A DNA stretch of 64,000 nt from Methylophaga sp. (GCA_965659475.1 CBFHWI010000005.1:801-64800), one strand, 5' to 3'; shown: positions 28,036 through 37,819, counted from the first letter of the stretch. Program-made: numbers and translations. The notes: generated by a model not told the origin, from the sequence alone.

Positions 28036-29325
28036 TTAATTGAAAAAATGCTTTAAAGCGCGATATAAATGCCAGCCATCCTGACTGCCGGCCAACTCCC
28101 GAATCGAGTGCATGGCAAAGGTCGGCACGCCGATATCCAATGTTTTGACGCCAATTTGTGCGGCGGTTAACGGGCCAATGGTACTGCCACATGCCATATC
28201 GGTGCGCACCACAAAATCCTGCAACGGCACATCGGCTTGCTGACAAATTTGCCGGAAACGGGCACTGGTTTCGCTATTAGTGGCATAACGCTGATTGGCA
28301 TTGGTTTTAATCACCGGGCCCTGATTCAGCAGCGGTCCATGACTGGCATCATGCCGGTCAGCATAATTGGGATGAATGCCATGAGCGTTGTCCGCTGAAA
28401 TCATCCAGGAATGCTCCACCAGCCGCTGAAAAGCCTCTGGTGCCGGTGCCAGTCGTTGTAATGCCGCTTGTAAAAAATTACCCTGCGCGCCAGCGGTAGA
28501 CATACTGCCAACTTCTTCATGGTCGGTGCAAATTAGCATGGCCGGTTGTTTGCCATCGCTGGCTAATAATGCCTGTAACCCTGTGTAACAGCTTAGTAAA
28601 TTATCGAGCCGCGCCGCACTGATAAAGTCATCATTTAGACCGGTTAACGCTGACGGCTGCGTATCGTACAAACTGATTTCATAATCCAGCACCTGACCGA
28701 TGGTGCGATCCGGGTATTGGCTGCTCAGTTGTTGCTCCAGCAAGGCTCGAAAATCCGGTGTTTCACCCGGTTCGGTTTGCATAATCATGGGCGGTAAATG
28801 TAGCTGTGGATTGATGATGCGGGATTGATTGACCTCACGATCCAAATGAATTGCCAGACTCGGGATCACCGCCATCGGCTTTTTAAAGTCCACCAAAGCA
28901 TGTTGTAACTGTTCTTGTTTATCAAGATAACTGACCCGTCCCGCCAGCGATAAATCACGGTCAAACCACGGGTTTAATAAGGCGCCACCGTAGACTTCAA
29001 CGCCTAACTGCCAAAGGCCGTTGTTTACCTGACCAGGCCGTGGTTTTACTTTTAAACAGGGACTATCGGTATGGGCGCCGACCATAGCAAAACCCGTATC
29101 AGCCAAATGCTTCGCTGTTTTAATAAAAGCAATGATCGATGAGTTGTTGCGGGTGACAAAAAATTTACCGGCTGGCAATTCACCCCATGTGTCAGATTCT
29201 CTGAGTTCAGCAAAGCCGGCCTGCTCAAGCGCCTCAACCATCGATAACACCGCATGAAATGGCGTTGGCGAACTATCAATAAATTGCAGTAAACCCTGAT
29301 TAAATTCTGCTGCGCTGGCATGCAT
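28036..29325 (-). CDS. apeB: M18 family aspartyl aminopeptidase
   Basis: SPTPFH, GAHTDSP, RLDNL, DHEEVGS, SADNAH, CGSTIGP, MHSIRE. Confidence 0.92.
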   Translation of the reverse strand: MHASAAEFNQGLLQFIDSSPTPFHAVLSMVEALEQAGFAELRESDTWGELPAGKFFVTRNNSSIIAFIKTAKHLADTGFAMVGAHTDSPCLKVKPRPGQVNNGLWQLGVEVYGGALLNPWFDRDLSLAGRVSYLDKQEQLQHALVDFKKPMAVIPSLAIHLDREVNQSRIINPQLHLPPMIMQTEPGETPDFRALLEQQLSSQYPDRTIGQVLDYEISLYDTQPSALTGLNDDFISAARLDNLLSCYTGLQALLASDGKQPAMLICTDHEEVGSMSTAGAQGNFLQAALQRLAPAPEAFQRLVEHSWMISADNAHGIHPNYADRHDASHGPLLNQGPVIKTNANQRYATNSETSARFRQICQQADVPLQDFVVRTDMACGSTIGPLTAAQIGVKTLDIGVPTFAMHSIRELAGSQDGWHLYRALKHFFN

Positions 29326-29408
29326 GCTAAGACTCTACTTTTTGGTAACGAAGGCCATACATAGTAACGATTTTTACGCTAAACCACAGCTCAAGGTCTG
29401 TTTATATT

Positions 29409-29771
29409 TCACACAATCCAGCCGGGCGAAAAAAGTCCCTGCCCTAATCTTCGATACACTTGGCCGCGATAAATGTGTTTGGCTTTGTCTGCTTTAGATT
29501 CACTATTATCGGCCGTTACTTGCGCTTGAGAAGTCACCGATACTGGATGACTGCGATACATACATTGGTCACTGGGAGGTGCAACTGGCTGCATCGCGCC
29601 GCCGTGCACACCTGATTTATCAAACACCTTGCTGGCATTATCCAGCATTTTCGTGCTGCTTAGGGGCATCCAGCAACGCACTTTAAATTGACTGGCCAAC
29701 ACCGGTAAGCGGGGCAAAATATCTTTTACAGCGACACCGTGAATTGCATCATAAGCATAAGCCCTGGGCAT
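29409..29771 (-). CDS. Hypothetical protein
   Basis: ATG directly abuts the upstream stop codon (29772); no recognised domain apart from a C-terminal IYRGQVY. Confidence 0.5.
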   Translation of the reverse strand: MPRAYAYDAIHGVAVKDILPRLPVLASQFKVRCWMPLSSTKMLDNASKVFDKSGVHGGAMQPVAPPSDQCMYRSHPVSVTSQAQVTADNSESKADKAKHIYRGQVYRRLGQGLFSPGWIV

Positions 29772-30203
29772 TTAATCTTCAGAGTCGGCGTCGTTACTGA
29801 CTATCTTACGGTTACGTTTGGCGAGACCGCCATGTAAGCGGCAACGATTGGCTAAAGCGCCAAACGCCCAACCTTCCGGTGCCCGAATAGCGACACTGCG
29901 TTTACAGAGTTTGCCACTGTCCATACGGGCCCCGCAAGGCGGCCGGTAGCGTTTAATTTTTTCCCAGCCTTCCAGCGTTTGGCTGGCTTTGCGAATCACT
30001 TTAACATCGCGCGGTGACAAAGCACTTTGATCGACCGGATGGGTTTTTTGATCGGTATTACGCCACCAATAACGCACCACCGGCACCGGTAAGCCAAAAC
30101 GGCGCGCCAGGTCATCGGGTTTGCGATAAATTTCTAATGCCAACAAGGTGATGGCCGCCTGCTCCATGCGGGCGGTAAATTCCCGGCTTTCTTCAGGTGT
30201 CAT
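29772..30203 (-). CDS. HTH-like plus HGGxSTG-like zinc-finger protein
   Basis: DDLARRFGLPVPVVRYWW; CGAR-x6-C...RCRLHGG. Confidence 0.65.
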   Translation of the reverse strand: MTPEESREFTARMEQAAITLLALEIYRKPDDLARRFGLPVPVVRYWWRNTDQKTHPVDQSALSPRDVKVIRKASQTLEGWEKIKRYRPPCGARMDSGKLCKRSVAIRAPEGWAFGALANRCRLHGGLAKRNRKIVSNDADSED

Positions 30204-30666
30204 GTGGATAATGGGGTTTGTTTAAGGCGATAACTTCATCGGTAATATCACTGACCTTATCGCCGGTAATGGCAATATCGCGTACCGAAACACCGGCCGT
30301 GATAACGGATTGTGGATCGCCGGTAATTAAAGGATGCCAGTTGGGCAATTTTTCACCTTCAGCTAATAAACGATAAGCACAGGTATCAGGCAACCAGTCG
30401 AATAAATGCGCTTGCTCGACACTGAGCTGAATACAATCCGGCATTCGGGTTTGCCGGTTGGGATAATCGCTGCAGCGGCAGTTGCCAATATCTAATAAAT
30501 CACAGGCGACTCGCGTGTAATACATACGGTCATCCTGCTCATCTTCGAGTTTATGCAGACAGCAGCGGCCACAGCCATCACAAAGCGATTCCCACTCATC
30601 ATGGCTCATTTCGCTAAGTCGCTTGAGTTCCCAGAAGGCGGCAGATGTTTTATGCTGCTCAGTCAT
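30193..30666 (-). CDS. ycgN: YcgN (UPF0260) cysteine-cluster protein
   Basis: FWELK, EWESLCDGCGRCCLHKL, CSDYPNR, WLPDTCAYR, WHPL. Confidence 0.88.
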   Translation of the reverse strand: MTEQHKTSAAFWELKRLSEMSHDEWESLCDGCGRCCLHKLEDEQDDRMYYTRVACDLLDIGNCRCSDYPNRQTRMPDCIQLSVEQAHLFDWLPDTCAYRLLAEGEKLPNWHPLITGDPQSVITAGVSVRDIAITGDKVSDITDEVIALNKPHYPHDT

Positions 30667-31144
30667 GGATAATATTAATGCTCTTGGTGAATTATTAGAT
30701 CCGCTATTAGCGGAATTCTCGCCACAAAGTTTATTGTTGGCCGGCGAACTGGTCATTGCCAGTGTGCATCCGGCTCAAGATACCAGATCCAAGCAACTGA
30801 CAACACCATTCCGGCAACAACAGCTCAGCGATTTGGACCGAGTGGACGTCGCCATTATCAGTGATCTCACCGAAACCCTGTCAGTTAGCGACGGACAGCA
30901 ATGGTTGGGTTCGTTACGCAATGTATTTGCGCCTCATGTCATTTTAATCAGCGATCCTGATAAAGCGCAGCAACAAGGGTGGCAATTTGCTGACTTTCTG
31001 GCGTTGGGTCTGCATCAAGTCGCAGTCAGCAAAAATGGTCTGCACATTTACAGTTACGCTATCGAAAATTACCAGCCCAAGCGTGACTGGCTGAACAGCC
31101 GTTTTTGGGCGAATCCTGAAAACTTCGGTAAATTTTGGTGGTAG
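30665..31144 (+). CDS. DUF6231-like protein
   Basis: C-terminal DWLNSRFWANPENFGKFWW. Confidence 0.75.
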   Translation: MDNINALGELLDPLLAEFSPQSLLLAGELVIASVHPAQDTRSKQLTTPFRQQQLSDLDRVDVAIISDLTETLSVSDGQQWLGSLRNVFAPHVILISDPDKAQQQGWQFADFLALGLHQVAVSKNGLHIYSYAIENYQPKRDWLNSRFWANPENFGKFWW

Positions 31145-31206
31145 GCTAATTACTATAAATTCATTACCTGCAACGTTGGATTCAAAAATCAAACAAGCCA
31201 ACATCC

Positions 31207-31224
31207 CTGTCACAAAACTGTCAT
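31207..31224 (+). promoter_or_regulatory. Pho box (PhoB site) upstream of ppk1
   Basis: CTGTCAC-AAAA-CTGTCAT, then 10 bp, then TAGACT (-10-like, 31235-31240). Confidence 0.85.
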
Positions 31225-31247
31225 TAAATGGACCTAGACTCGCCCAC

Positions 31248-33329
31248 ATGCATACACCTATAGATTTAAACAGTCCTGATCTCTTTTTAAACCGTGAGCT
31301 TAGCTTGCTGGAATTCAACTGGCGGGTATTACAACAAGCACTCGATACTGATGTGCCACTGCTGGAACGCTTGAATTACCTGTGTATTTCCAGCACCAAT
31401 CTTGATGAGTTTTTTGAAGTCCGGGTTGCCGGCCTTATCCAGCAAATTGAAATCGGCGATCCTTACTTAGAAGCTGATCAAATCAGCGCGCAGGAAGCGT
31501 TGCGGTTGATCAGTCACCGTGCTCATGAACTGGTTGAAGAACAATACAGTGTGCTTAATGAGGTATTGCTGCCCGAGCTGGAGCAAAATGGTATCCGCGT
31601 TATGCCGCGCGCCATGTGGACCGATGTCCACACCAATTGGCTGAAACAATATTTTCAGGAAGAAATCCTGCCAATCCTGAGTCCGATCGGGCTGGATTCG
31701 GCGCATCCATTTCCACGTTTGCTCAATAAAAGTTTAAATTTTATCGTCTCATTAGTCGGTAAAGATGCGTTTGGCCGGAATCGCGGTTATGCGATTTTAC
31801 AGGCGCCACGCGCGCTGCCTCGGGTTATTCAGTTACCGGCAGAGATGTCTGAGTCTGGCGAATATCACTTTGTGTTTTTGTCATCGATAATTCACGCCTT
31901 TGCTGAAGATTTGTTTTTTGGCATGAAAGTCAAAGGCTGCTACCAGTTCCGGGTGACCCGTAACAGTGATTTGGCGATTGATACCGAAGAAACCAGCGAT
32001 CTGCTGGCAACCATTGCAGACGAATTAACACATCGTAACTATGGCGATGAAGTACGGCTGGAAATTGCCCATAACTGTCCTGAAGACATGGTCAACTTCC
32101 TGCGCGAACAATGTGGCATGCATCAGGATAATGTTTACCTGGTCAATGGGCCGGTCAACCTTAGTCGCTTGCAGGCCCTGCATTCATTGGTTGAACGCTC
32201 AGATCTTAAATTCAAACCATTTACTCAGGGTCGCCCTACAGGTATGACTGGTGATGTTGATTTATTTGCCAGCATTAAAAAGGATGATTTTTTATTGCAT
32301 CATCCCTATGAATCATTCGGGCCGATTATTGATTTAATTAAACAAGCGGCAGCCGATAATAGTGTGCTGGCCATTAAACAAACTTTGTATCGCACTGGCG
32401 CCAGTTCACCGATTGTTGATGCCTTGGTTGCTGCAGCCCATGCCGGTAAAGAAGTAACCGTGGTCGTTGAGTTGCGCGCCCGTTTTGATGAAGAAGCGAA
32501 CGTGGCACTGGCTGCTAAATTACAGGAAGCCGGAGCCCACGTGGTCTATGGCATTGTCGGTTATAAAACGCATGCCAAAATGTTACTGATCCTGCGTCGT
32601 GAAAACCATAAGCTGCGCCGTTATGTCCATCTGGGGACCGGTAATTATCACCGCAGTACCTCTCGGGTTTACACCGACTATGGTTTACTGACCTCGGATA
32701 AACAACTGGGCGAAGACGTTAATAACCTGTTTATTCAACTGACCAGCCTCGGTAAAGTACCGCAAATGCACAAATTGCTGCATGCGCCATTCACGCTACA
32801 TACCGGTCTTTTGGATAAAATCGAACGTGAAATAGAACATGCCAAAAACGGCAATACGGCACGTATCATTATTAAAGCCAATGCCGTGGTGGAACCAGAA
32901 ATGGTGCAAGCGTTTTATCGGGCCTCAATGGCCGGCGTTAAGATTGATTTGATTGTTCGAGGTATTTGTACACTGAAACCGGGCGTTGAGGGCTTTTCTG
33001 ACAACATTCAGGTGCGCAGTATTATCGGCCGCTTTTTAGAACACACTCGGGTGTTTTATTTTGAGAATAACGGCAATCCGGAAGTCTGGTGTGCCAGTGC
33101 CGATTTGATGAAACGCAATTTGCTGCGTCGCGTAGAGACCGCTTTTCCAATTGAATCGAAAAAATTGCGACAGCGTATCCTCGACGATTTAAAGCTTTAT
33201 CTAGATGATAATTCGCAGGCTTGGATTTTGTCTGCCGATGGACGATACAAACGCGTCGAAAGTTCAGAGTCGGATAGTAAAATGGCTGCACAAACACACT
33301 TAATGGAAAAAATGGCCGCTACGTTCTGA
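31248..33329 (+). CDS. ppk1: Polyphosphate kinase 1
   Basis: NRELSLLEFN, NLDEFFEVRVAGL, LLHHPYESF, KTHAK, IGRFLEH, SADLMKRNL. Confidence 0.96.
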   Translation: MHTPIDLNSPDLFLNRELSLLEFNWRVLQQALDTDVPLLERLNYLCISSTNLDEFFEVRVAGLIQQIEIGDPYLEADQISAQEALRLISHRAHELVEEQYSVLNEVLLPELEQNGIRVMPRAMWTDVHTNWLKQYFQEEILPILSPIGLDSAHPFPRLLNKSLNFIVSLVGKDAFGRNRGYAILQAPRALPRVIQLPAEMSESGEYHFVFLSSIIHAFAEDLFFGMKVKGCYQFRVTRNSDLAIDTEETSDLLATIADELTHRNYGDEVRLEIAHNCPEDMVNFLREQCGMHQDNVYLVNGPVNLSRLQALHSLVERSDLKFKPFTQGRPTGMTGDVDLFASIKKDDFLLHHPYESFGPIIDLIKQAAADNSVLAIKQTLYRTGASSPIVDALVAAAHAGKEVTVVVELRARFDEEANVALAAKLQEAGAHVVYGIVGYKTHAKMLLILRRENHKLRRYVHLGTGNYHRSTSRVYTDYGLLTSDKQLGEDVNNLFIQLTSLGKVPQMHKLLHAPFTLHTGLLDKIEREIEHAKNGNTARIIIKANAVVEPEMVQAFYRASMAGVKIDLIVRGICTLKPGVEGFSDNIQVRSIIGRFLEHTRVFYFENNGNPEVWCASADLMKRNLLRRVETAFPIESKKLRQRILDDLKLYLDDNSQAWILSADGRYKRVESSESDSKMAAQTHLMEKMAATF

Positions 33330-34081
33330 TGGAAAAAATCGCTTTTTTTAACCTTAAAGGCGGTGTTGGCAAAACTACCTCGGCCGTTAATATTGCCTGG
33401 CATGCTGCCAATGAAGGTATTCCTACACTGCTTTGGGATTTAGATCCGCAAGGTGCGGCCAGTTGGTTATTGCAGCGTAAAGCCAAAGCCAAAAGCGAAA
33501 CCAAAAAAGTGCTGAGTGGTAAAACGGCTATCGGTGAACTGGTGAAAAGTACCGATTACCCGAATCTGGATATTATTCCGGCTGATTTTTCATTCAGGCA
33601 GCTGGATGTGATGCTGGCTGACATGGATAACAAAAGTAACCCAGTCGAAAAACTGCTGGCGCCGTTCAGCGAGCAATATGCTTTGGTTATTCTGGACTGC
33701 CCACCCAGTTTTTCGACCTTGAGCGAACAAATTTTTGCTACGGCCGATGCACTGTATTTGCCACTGATCCCAACACATTTGTCGCTGCGTACTTTTGAAC
33801 AAACGCGCGACTTTTTTAGAGAACATGATTTAAAACCAAAACGTCTGCATGCATTTTTTAATATGGTGGATCGCCGCCGATCCATGCACCGCATAATGCT
33901 CGCGCATCCACCTAAGATGCTAAAACATGGTTTGCAAACGGCCATTCCCTATGCAGCTGTGGTCGAACGCATGGGTGATTTTCGCGCACCACTGTCAGCA
34001 TTTGCCGCTAATACGCCAGTGGCCAAGGCCTATCAGCAGCTTTGGCAGGACATTAAAGCGACACTGAGCAACATCAATTAA
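33329..34081 (+). CDS. Orphan ParA/Soj-family ATPase
   Basis: Deviant Walker A KGGVGKTT, DLDPQG, ILDCPP; TGATG coupling to ppk1. Confidence 0.9.
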   Translation: MEKIAFFNLKGGVGKTTSAVNIAWHAANEGIPTLLWDLDPQGAASWLLQRKAKAKSETKKVLSGKTAIGELVKSTDYPNLDIIPADFSFRQLDVMLADMDNKSNPVEKLLAPFSEQYALVILDCPPSFSTLSEQIFATADALYLPLIPTHLSLRTFEQTRDFFREHDLKPKRLHAFFNMVDRRRSMHRIMLAHPPKMLKHGLQTAIPYAAVVERMGDFRAPLSAFAANTPVAKAYQQLWQDIKATLSNIN

Positions 34082-36324
34082 TCGTTAATTTTTTCCAGCG
34101 TCCAGCAATAGTGGATTTTTGGGTTGCGGGCAAAATCAGCCGGTAAAGTCGCTTTGCTGATATCGCTAATTGCAAACTGGCTGAGCGCTGCGGTATCCCA
34201 TTTAAAATCTCGCCGATTGGTGGAAAATACGATTTGGCCACCTTCGCTCAATAATTGGCCGACTTTGCTCAGCATGGCGACATGATCCCGCTGTACATCA
34301 AATACCTCAGCCATTTTGCTGGAGTTGGAAAAAGTCGGTGGATCAACAAAAATCAAATCAAATTGCAGCTGCTGTTCTACAGCCTCATCTAACCATACCA
34401 ACACATCAGCACGCTGGAATTGATGCGGGGCACCATCTAACCGATTCAGCTGCAAATTATCCTGCGCCCATTGCAGGTAAGTATTGGACATATCCACGGT
34501 TAAGCTTGATGCTGCGCCACCTGCCGCCGCATAAACGGTGGCGCTGCCGGTATAGGCAAACAAATTCAAAAAGCGTTTGCCGCGGGCATTTTCCAGCAAA
34601 TATTGCCGGGTCAGACGATGATCCAGGAATAATCCGGTATCTAAATAATCGGTCAGATTTACCCAAAATTGCAGCCCATTTTCATTAACGGAAAAACGTT
34701 GTTTCAACGCCGCCTGCGCTTCATACTGATTACTGCCCCGCTGCCGCTGGCGTAATTTAAGCGCCACATGCTGCGGTTTAATGGCCAGGATTTCCGGGAC
34801 AATTTGCATGACATCATCCAGCCGCTGGCTGGCTTTGAGTGGATCAATTTGTGACGGCGGTGCGTATTCCTGCACATGTACTTTGTCACCGTAAATGTCG
34901 ATAGCCACGGCATAATCCGGCAAATCGGCGTCATAAACCCGGTAGCAGTCCAGATCCTGTTTGCGTGCCCATTTGGCTAAATGTTTAAAGTTTTTTTGCA
35001 GCCGATTGGCAAACATCTGCGCATTTTCAGAAAGCGCCACTGCTGGCGCTGCTACTGACGTTTGCTCGTCTTCAGATACATTTTTACCCGCTTGTGGCCA
35101 CGCAGAAGCAGGTCGTTTTTGAACTGTTTGTGGTTTGGCTTTGATGGCACGGTAGTACAACACTTCACATTCAATCGGTCCGTTATCAAATGGCACCTGA
35201 TCAAACAACGTCAGACCGGTAAATTTGCCCAGACTGGCGTTATCGGTAATCACAGCACAGCGCCAGGCTGGCAAGTTTTCCTGCAAAATATTGCCGATGC
35301 TTTCATAAAGGAAATGCAGATCCCGGACATTACCCATCCGCGAACCATAAGGCGGATTACAAACCAGTAAGCCCTGCCCCGGTAATTGCCGGCTGACAGC
35401 GGTCCAGTCCAGTAAACGCCGCTCGCTGACGTCAATCCGATCGGCTAATCCTGCTGCCGCAATGTTGGCCTGAGCCGCGACAACCGCTTTGGGATCTTCA
35501 TCGCCACCAGAAATCACCGGTAAACGCCCCAAACCACTTAACCGCCGGCGTTCGGCATCGGCTTTTAACTGCTGCCAAACCGCCTTATCATGTTGTGGCC
35601 AATACAAAAAGCCGAAATAGCTGCGATTTAAACCCGGGGCAATATCGGCCGCCATCATCGCCGCTTCAATCAAAAATGTACCGCTACCGCACATCGGGTC
35701 CAGTAACCCCCAACCCTGGCGCGCCAGATTAGGCCATTCCGCTGTTAATAATATCGCTGCTGCCAGGTTTTCTTTCAGTGGTGCCTCGGTTTGTTGCACT
35801 CGATAACCACGTTTATGCAGGCTGTCACCGGATAAATCGATGCTGACAATGGCCTGATTATGTTTCAGATAAACATTGACCCGCAGATCCGGTTGAAATA
35901 AATCCACCGATGGCCGTTGACCAAATTTATCGCGCAGTTGATCAACAATGGCGTCTTTAACTTTCTGCGCGCCATACTGAGTATGATGAATTTTCGAACG
36001 GAAACTGTTGAAGTCGATTGCCAACGTGGCGTTTTCAGTAGCGATATGCTGCGACCAATCAATTGTTTGAATACCGGTATAAAGCTGCTCTGGCGTTTCT
36101 GCGCCAAAATGAGCAATCGGCATTAATACCCGCACCGCGACACGCGACCATAAACAGACTTCATAAGCTTGTTTTAATGTGCCGGTAAAACGTACGCTGC
36201 CCGCCTCTGGTTTGATTTGCTGGATGCCCAGCTGTTCCAGTTCAGTGGTCAGCAAAGGCAACATACCTCGTGCAGTGGTGACGGTGAACTTGTGAAGTGC
36301 TTGTTTATCTTTCGTTAAAGCCAT
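34078..36324 (-). CDS. rlmKL: 23S rRNA m2G2445/m7G2069 methyltransferase
   Basis: THUMP domain, APLKENLAAA, DPMCGSGT, NPPYG, YLDTGLFLDHR, DPPTFSNS. Confidence 0.95.
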   Translation of the reverse strand: MALTKDKQALHKFTVTTARGMLPLLTTELEQLGIQQIKPEAGSVRFTGTLKQAYEVCLWSRVAVRVLMPIAHFGAETPEQLYTGIQTIDWSQHIATENATLAIDFNSFRSKIHHTQYGAQKVKDAIVDQLRDKFGQRPSVDLFQPDLRVNVYLKHNQAIVSIDLSGDSLHKRGYRVQQTEAPLKENLAAAILLTAEWPNLARQGWGLLDPMCGSGTFLIEAAMMAADIAPGLNRSYFGFLYWPQHDKAVWQQLKADAERRRLSGLGRLPVISGGDEDPKAVVAAQANIAAAGLADRIDVSERRLLDWTAVSRQLPGQGLLVCNPPYGSRMGNVRDLHFLYESIGNILQENLPAWRCAVITDNASLGKFTGLTLFDQVPFDNGPIECEVLYYRAIKAKPQTVQKRPASAWPQAGKNVSEDEQTSVAAPAVALSENAQMFANRLQKNFKHLAKWARKQDLDCYRVYDADLPDYAVAIDIYGDKVHVQEYAPPSQIDPLKASQRLDDVMQIVPEILAIKPQHVALKLRQRQRGSNQYEAQAALKQRFSVNENGLQFWVNLTDYLDTGLFLDHRLTRQYLLENARGKRFLNLFAYTGSATVYAAAGGAASSLTVDMSNTYLQWAQDNLQLNRLDGAPHQFQRADVLVWLDEAVEQQLQFDLIFVDPPTFSNSSKMAEVFDVQRDHVAMLSKVGQLLSEGGQIVFSTNRRDFKWDTAALSQFAISDISKATLPADFARNPKIHYCWTLEKIND

Positions 36325-36372
36325 ACCGCTATCCTGATATAATCGGCGCATTTTAATACAGGTGACACTTCC

Positions 36373-36663
36373 ATGGCAGTGAATGACAAACAACGACGCT
36401 ATTTAAAAGGTCTCGCCCATCCGTTAAAACCAGTGGTAATGATTGGCAACAGCGGTTTGACGCCTAACGTACTCAATGAAATCGAGCAGGCACTCAGTCA
36501 TCACGAATTGATTAAAGTACGTGTCAGCGGTCAGGAACGCGCAGATCGGAAACAAATGCTCGAGCAGATTGCCGAACAAACAGGCGCTGATTTAGTGATG
36601 GTCATTGGCCATATTGGCGGCTTTTACCGGCCAGCTGAAATACCGAAAATCAGCTTACCGTAA
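36373..36663 (+). CDS. yhbY: CRM-domain ribosome assembly RNA-binding protein
   Basis: LKGLAHPLKPVVMIG, HELIKV, IGH. Confidence 0.93.
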   Translation: MAVNDKQRRYLKGLAHPLKPVVMIGNSGLTPNVLNEIEQALSHHELIKVRVSGQERADRKQMLEQIAEQTGADLVMVIGHIGGFYRPAEIPKISLP

Positions 36664-36685
36664 CCAAGCAAACGAGAGCCCCCCC

Positions 36686-37285
36686 ATGATTCAGAAACCT
36701 GCCGATACTGAAGTACCCATTGAAAACGTAATTGCCGAACGCTGGAGTGGTCGGGTTTACGATGCCAATACCCCGGTCACAGAAGCTGAAATTACTGCGC
36801 TGACCGAAGCCGCGCGCTGGGCGCCCAGTTGTTTTGGTGATGAGCCGTGGCGCTACATTATCTGGGATCGGAATCATGACGCCGATAGCTGGCAACAAGC
36901 TTTTGATTGTTTAGCTGAAGGCAATCAACAATGGGCTAAAAATGCACCTGTGTTGATTTTAGCTGCATCGGTAGACGCGTTCCGCCAAAAGGACGAGCCC
37001 AATCGCTGGACCGGCTATGATACCGGCGCTGCCAGTCTCAGTTTATGTTTGCAAGCCACAGCCATGGGACTGATGTCGCATCAAATGGGTGGTTTTGATG
37101 GTGAAAAAGTACGTAAAACGTTTGGCCTGCCCGACGATTTGCACTTATGGTCAATGATGGCAATTGGCCATGCGGCGCCACTTGATGATTTAACCCCCGA
37201 ACAAATGGAACGGGAACTAAAACCGCGACAGCGTCGTCCTTTGGCAGAACATTTTTTTCATGGCGGCTGGCAAAAAAGTCGTTAA
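36686..37285 (+). CDS. Nitroreductase family protein
   Basis: RWSGR, EAARWAPSC..EPWR, YDTGAA, HQMGGFD. Confidence 0.9.
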   Translation: MIQKPADTEVPIENVIAERWSGRVYDANTPVTEAEITALTEAARWAPSCFGDEPWRYIIWDRNHDADSWQQAFDCLAEGNQQWAKNAPVLILAASVDAFRQKDEPNRWTGYDTGAASLSLCLQATAMGLMSHQMGGFDGEKVRKTFGLPDDLHLWSMMAIGHAAPLDDLTPEQMERELKPRQRRPLAEHFFHGGWQKSR

Positions 37286-37304
37286 ATTTAGTCGGAGAAT
37301 CAGC

Positions 37305-37766
37305 ATGAAATCAGTATTGTTAATGGTGACATTATTGGTCAGTACCAGTGCAATGGCCTATGACGAAATTTATCTGAAGAGATTACTGAAAGAAAACCAG
37401 TGTCATCATTGCACACTCAACGATGCGCCCCTTGCAGATCATGATTTGCAGGGTGCTGATATGAGTGAATCCAACCTGAAAGGCATCAACCTTCAAAACA
37501 GTAAACTCAATGGTGCTTGGTTTACCCATTCCAAAATGCATGGCGCAAATCTTGAAGGTGCACAATTGCAAGGTGCTTTGATGGATTACACGCATTTAGT
37601 TGATGTTAATCTGAAAAATGCCAATTTAGATGGCGCGCAGATGATTTTCAGTGATCTCAGCGGTGCTGATTTGACCGGTGCATCAATGGAAGGCACCAGT
37701 GTTCGCGGTATTGTGCTTTGTAATACCACAATGCCCGATGGCAAAATTGATAATAGCGGCTGTTAA
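37305..37766 (+). CDS. Exported pentapeptide-repeat protein
   Basis: Signal peptide ending AMA, A(D/N)Lxx repeats, CHHC and C-terminal CNTTMPDG..NSGC. Confidence 0.88.
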   Translation: MKSVLLMVTLLVSTSAMAYDEIYLKRLLKENQCHHCTLNDAPLADHDLQGADMSESNLKGINLQNSKLNGAWFTHSKMHGANLEGAQLQGALMDYTHLVDVNLKNANLDGAQMIFSDLSGADLTGASMEGTSVRGIVLCNTTMPDGKIDNSGC

Positions 37767-37783
37767 TGACTGATTAAACAGAC

Positions 37784-37819
37784 AACCCGCCGTGGTTTTT
37801 ACCCGGCGGGTTTTATTTT
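37784..37819 (+). terminator. Rho-independent terminator
   Basis: AACCCGCCG...CGGCGGGTT stem followed by TTATTTT. Confidence 0.75.

Noticed and set aside
33329-34081. Chromosome partition parA or minD
   Set aside because: No parB, minC or minE neighbours, located near dif, and no evident MinD amphipathic tail
37305-37766. c-type heme site or Qnr resistance gene
   Set aside because: Motif is CHHCT, not CxxCH; the protein is short and exported, unlike Qnr
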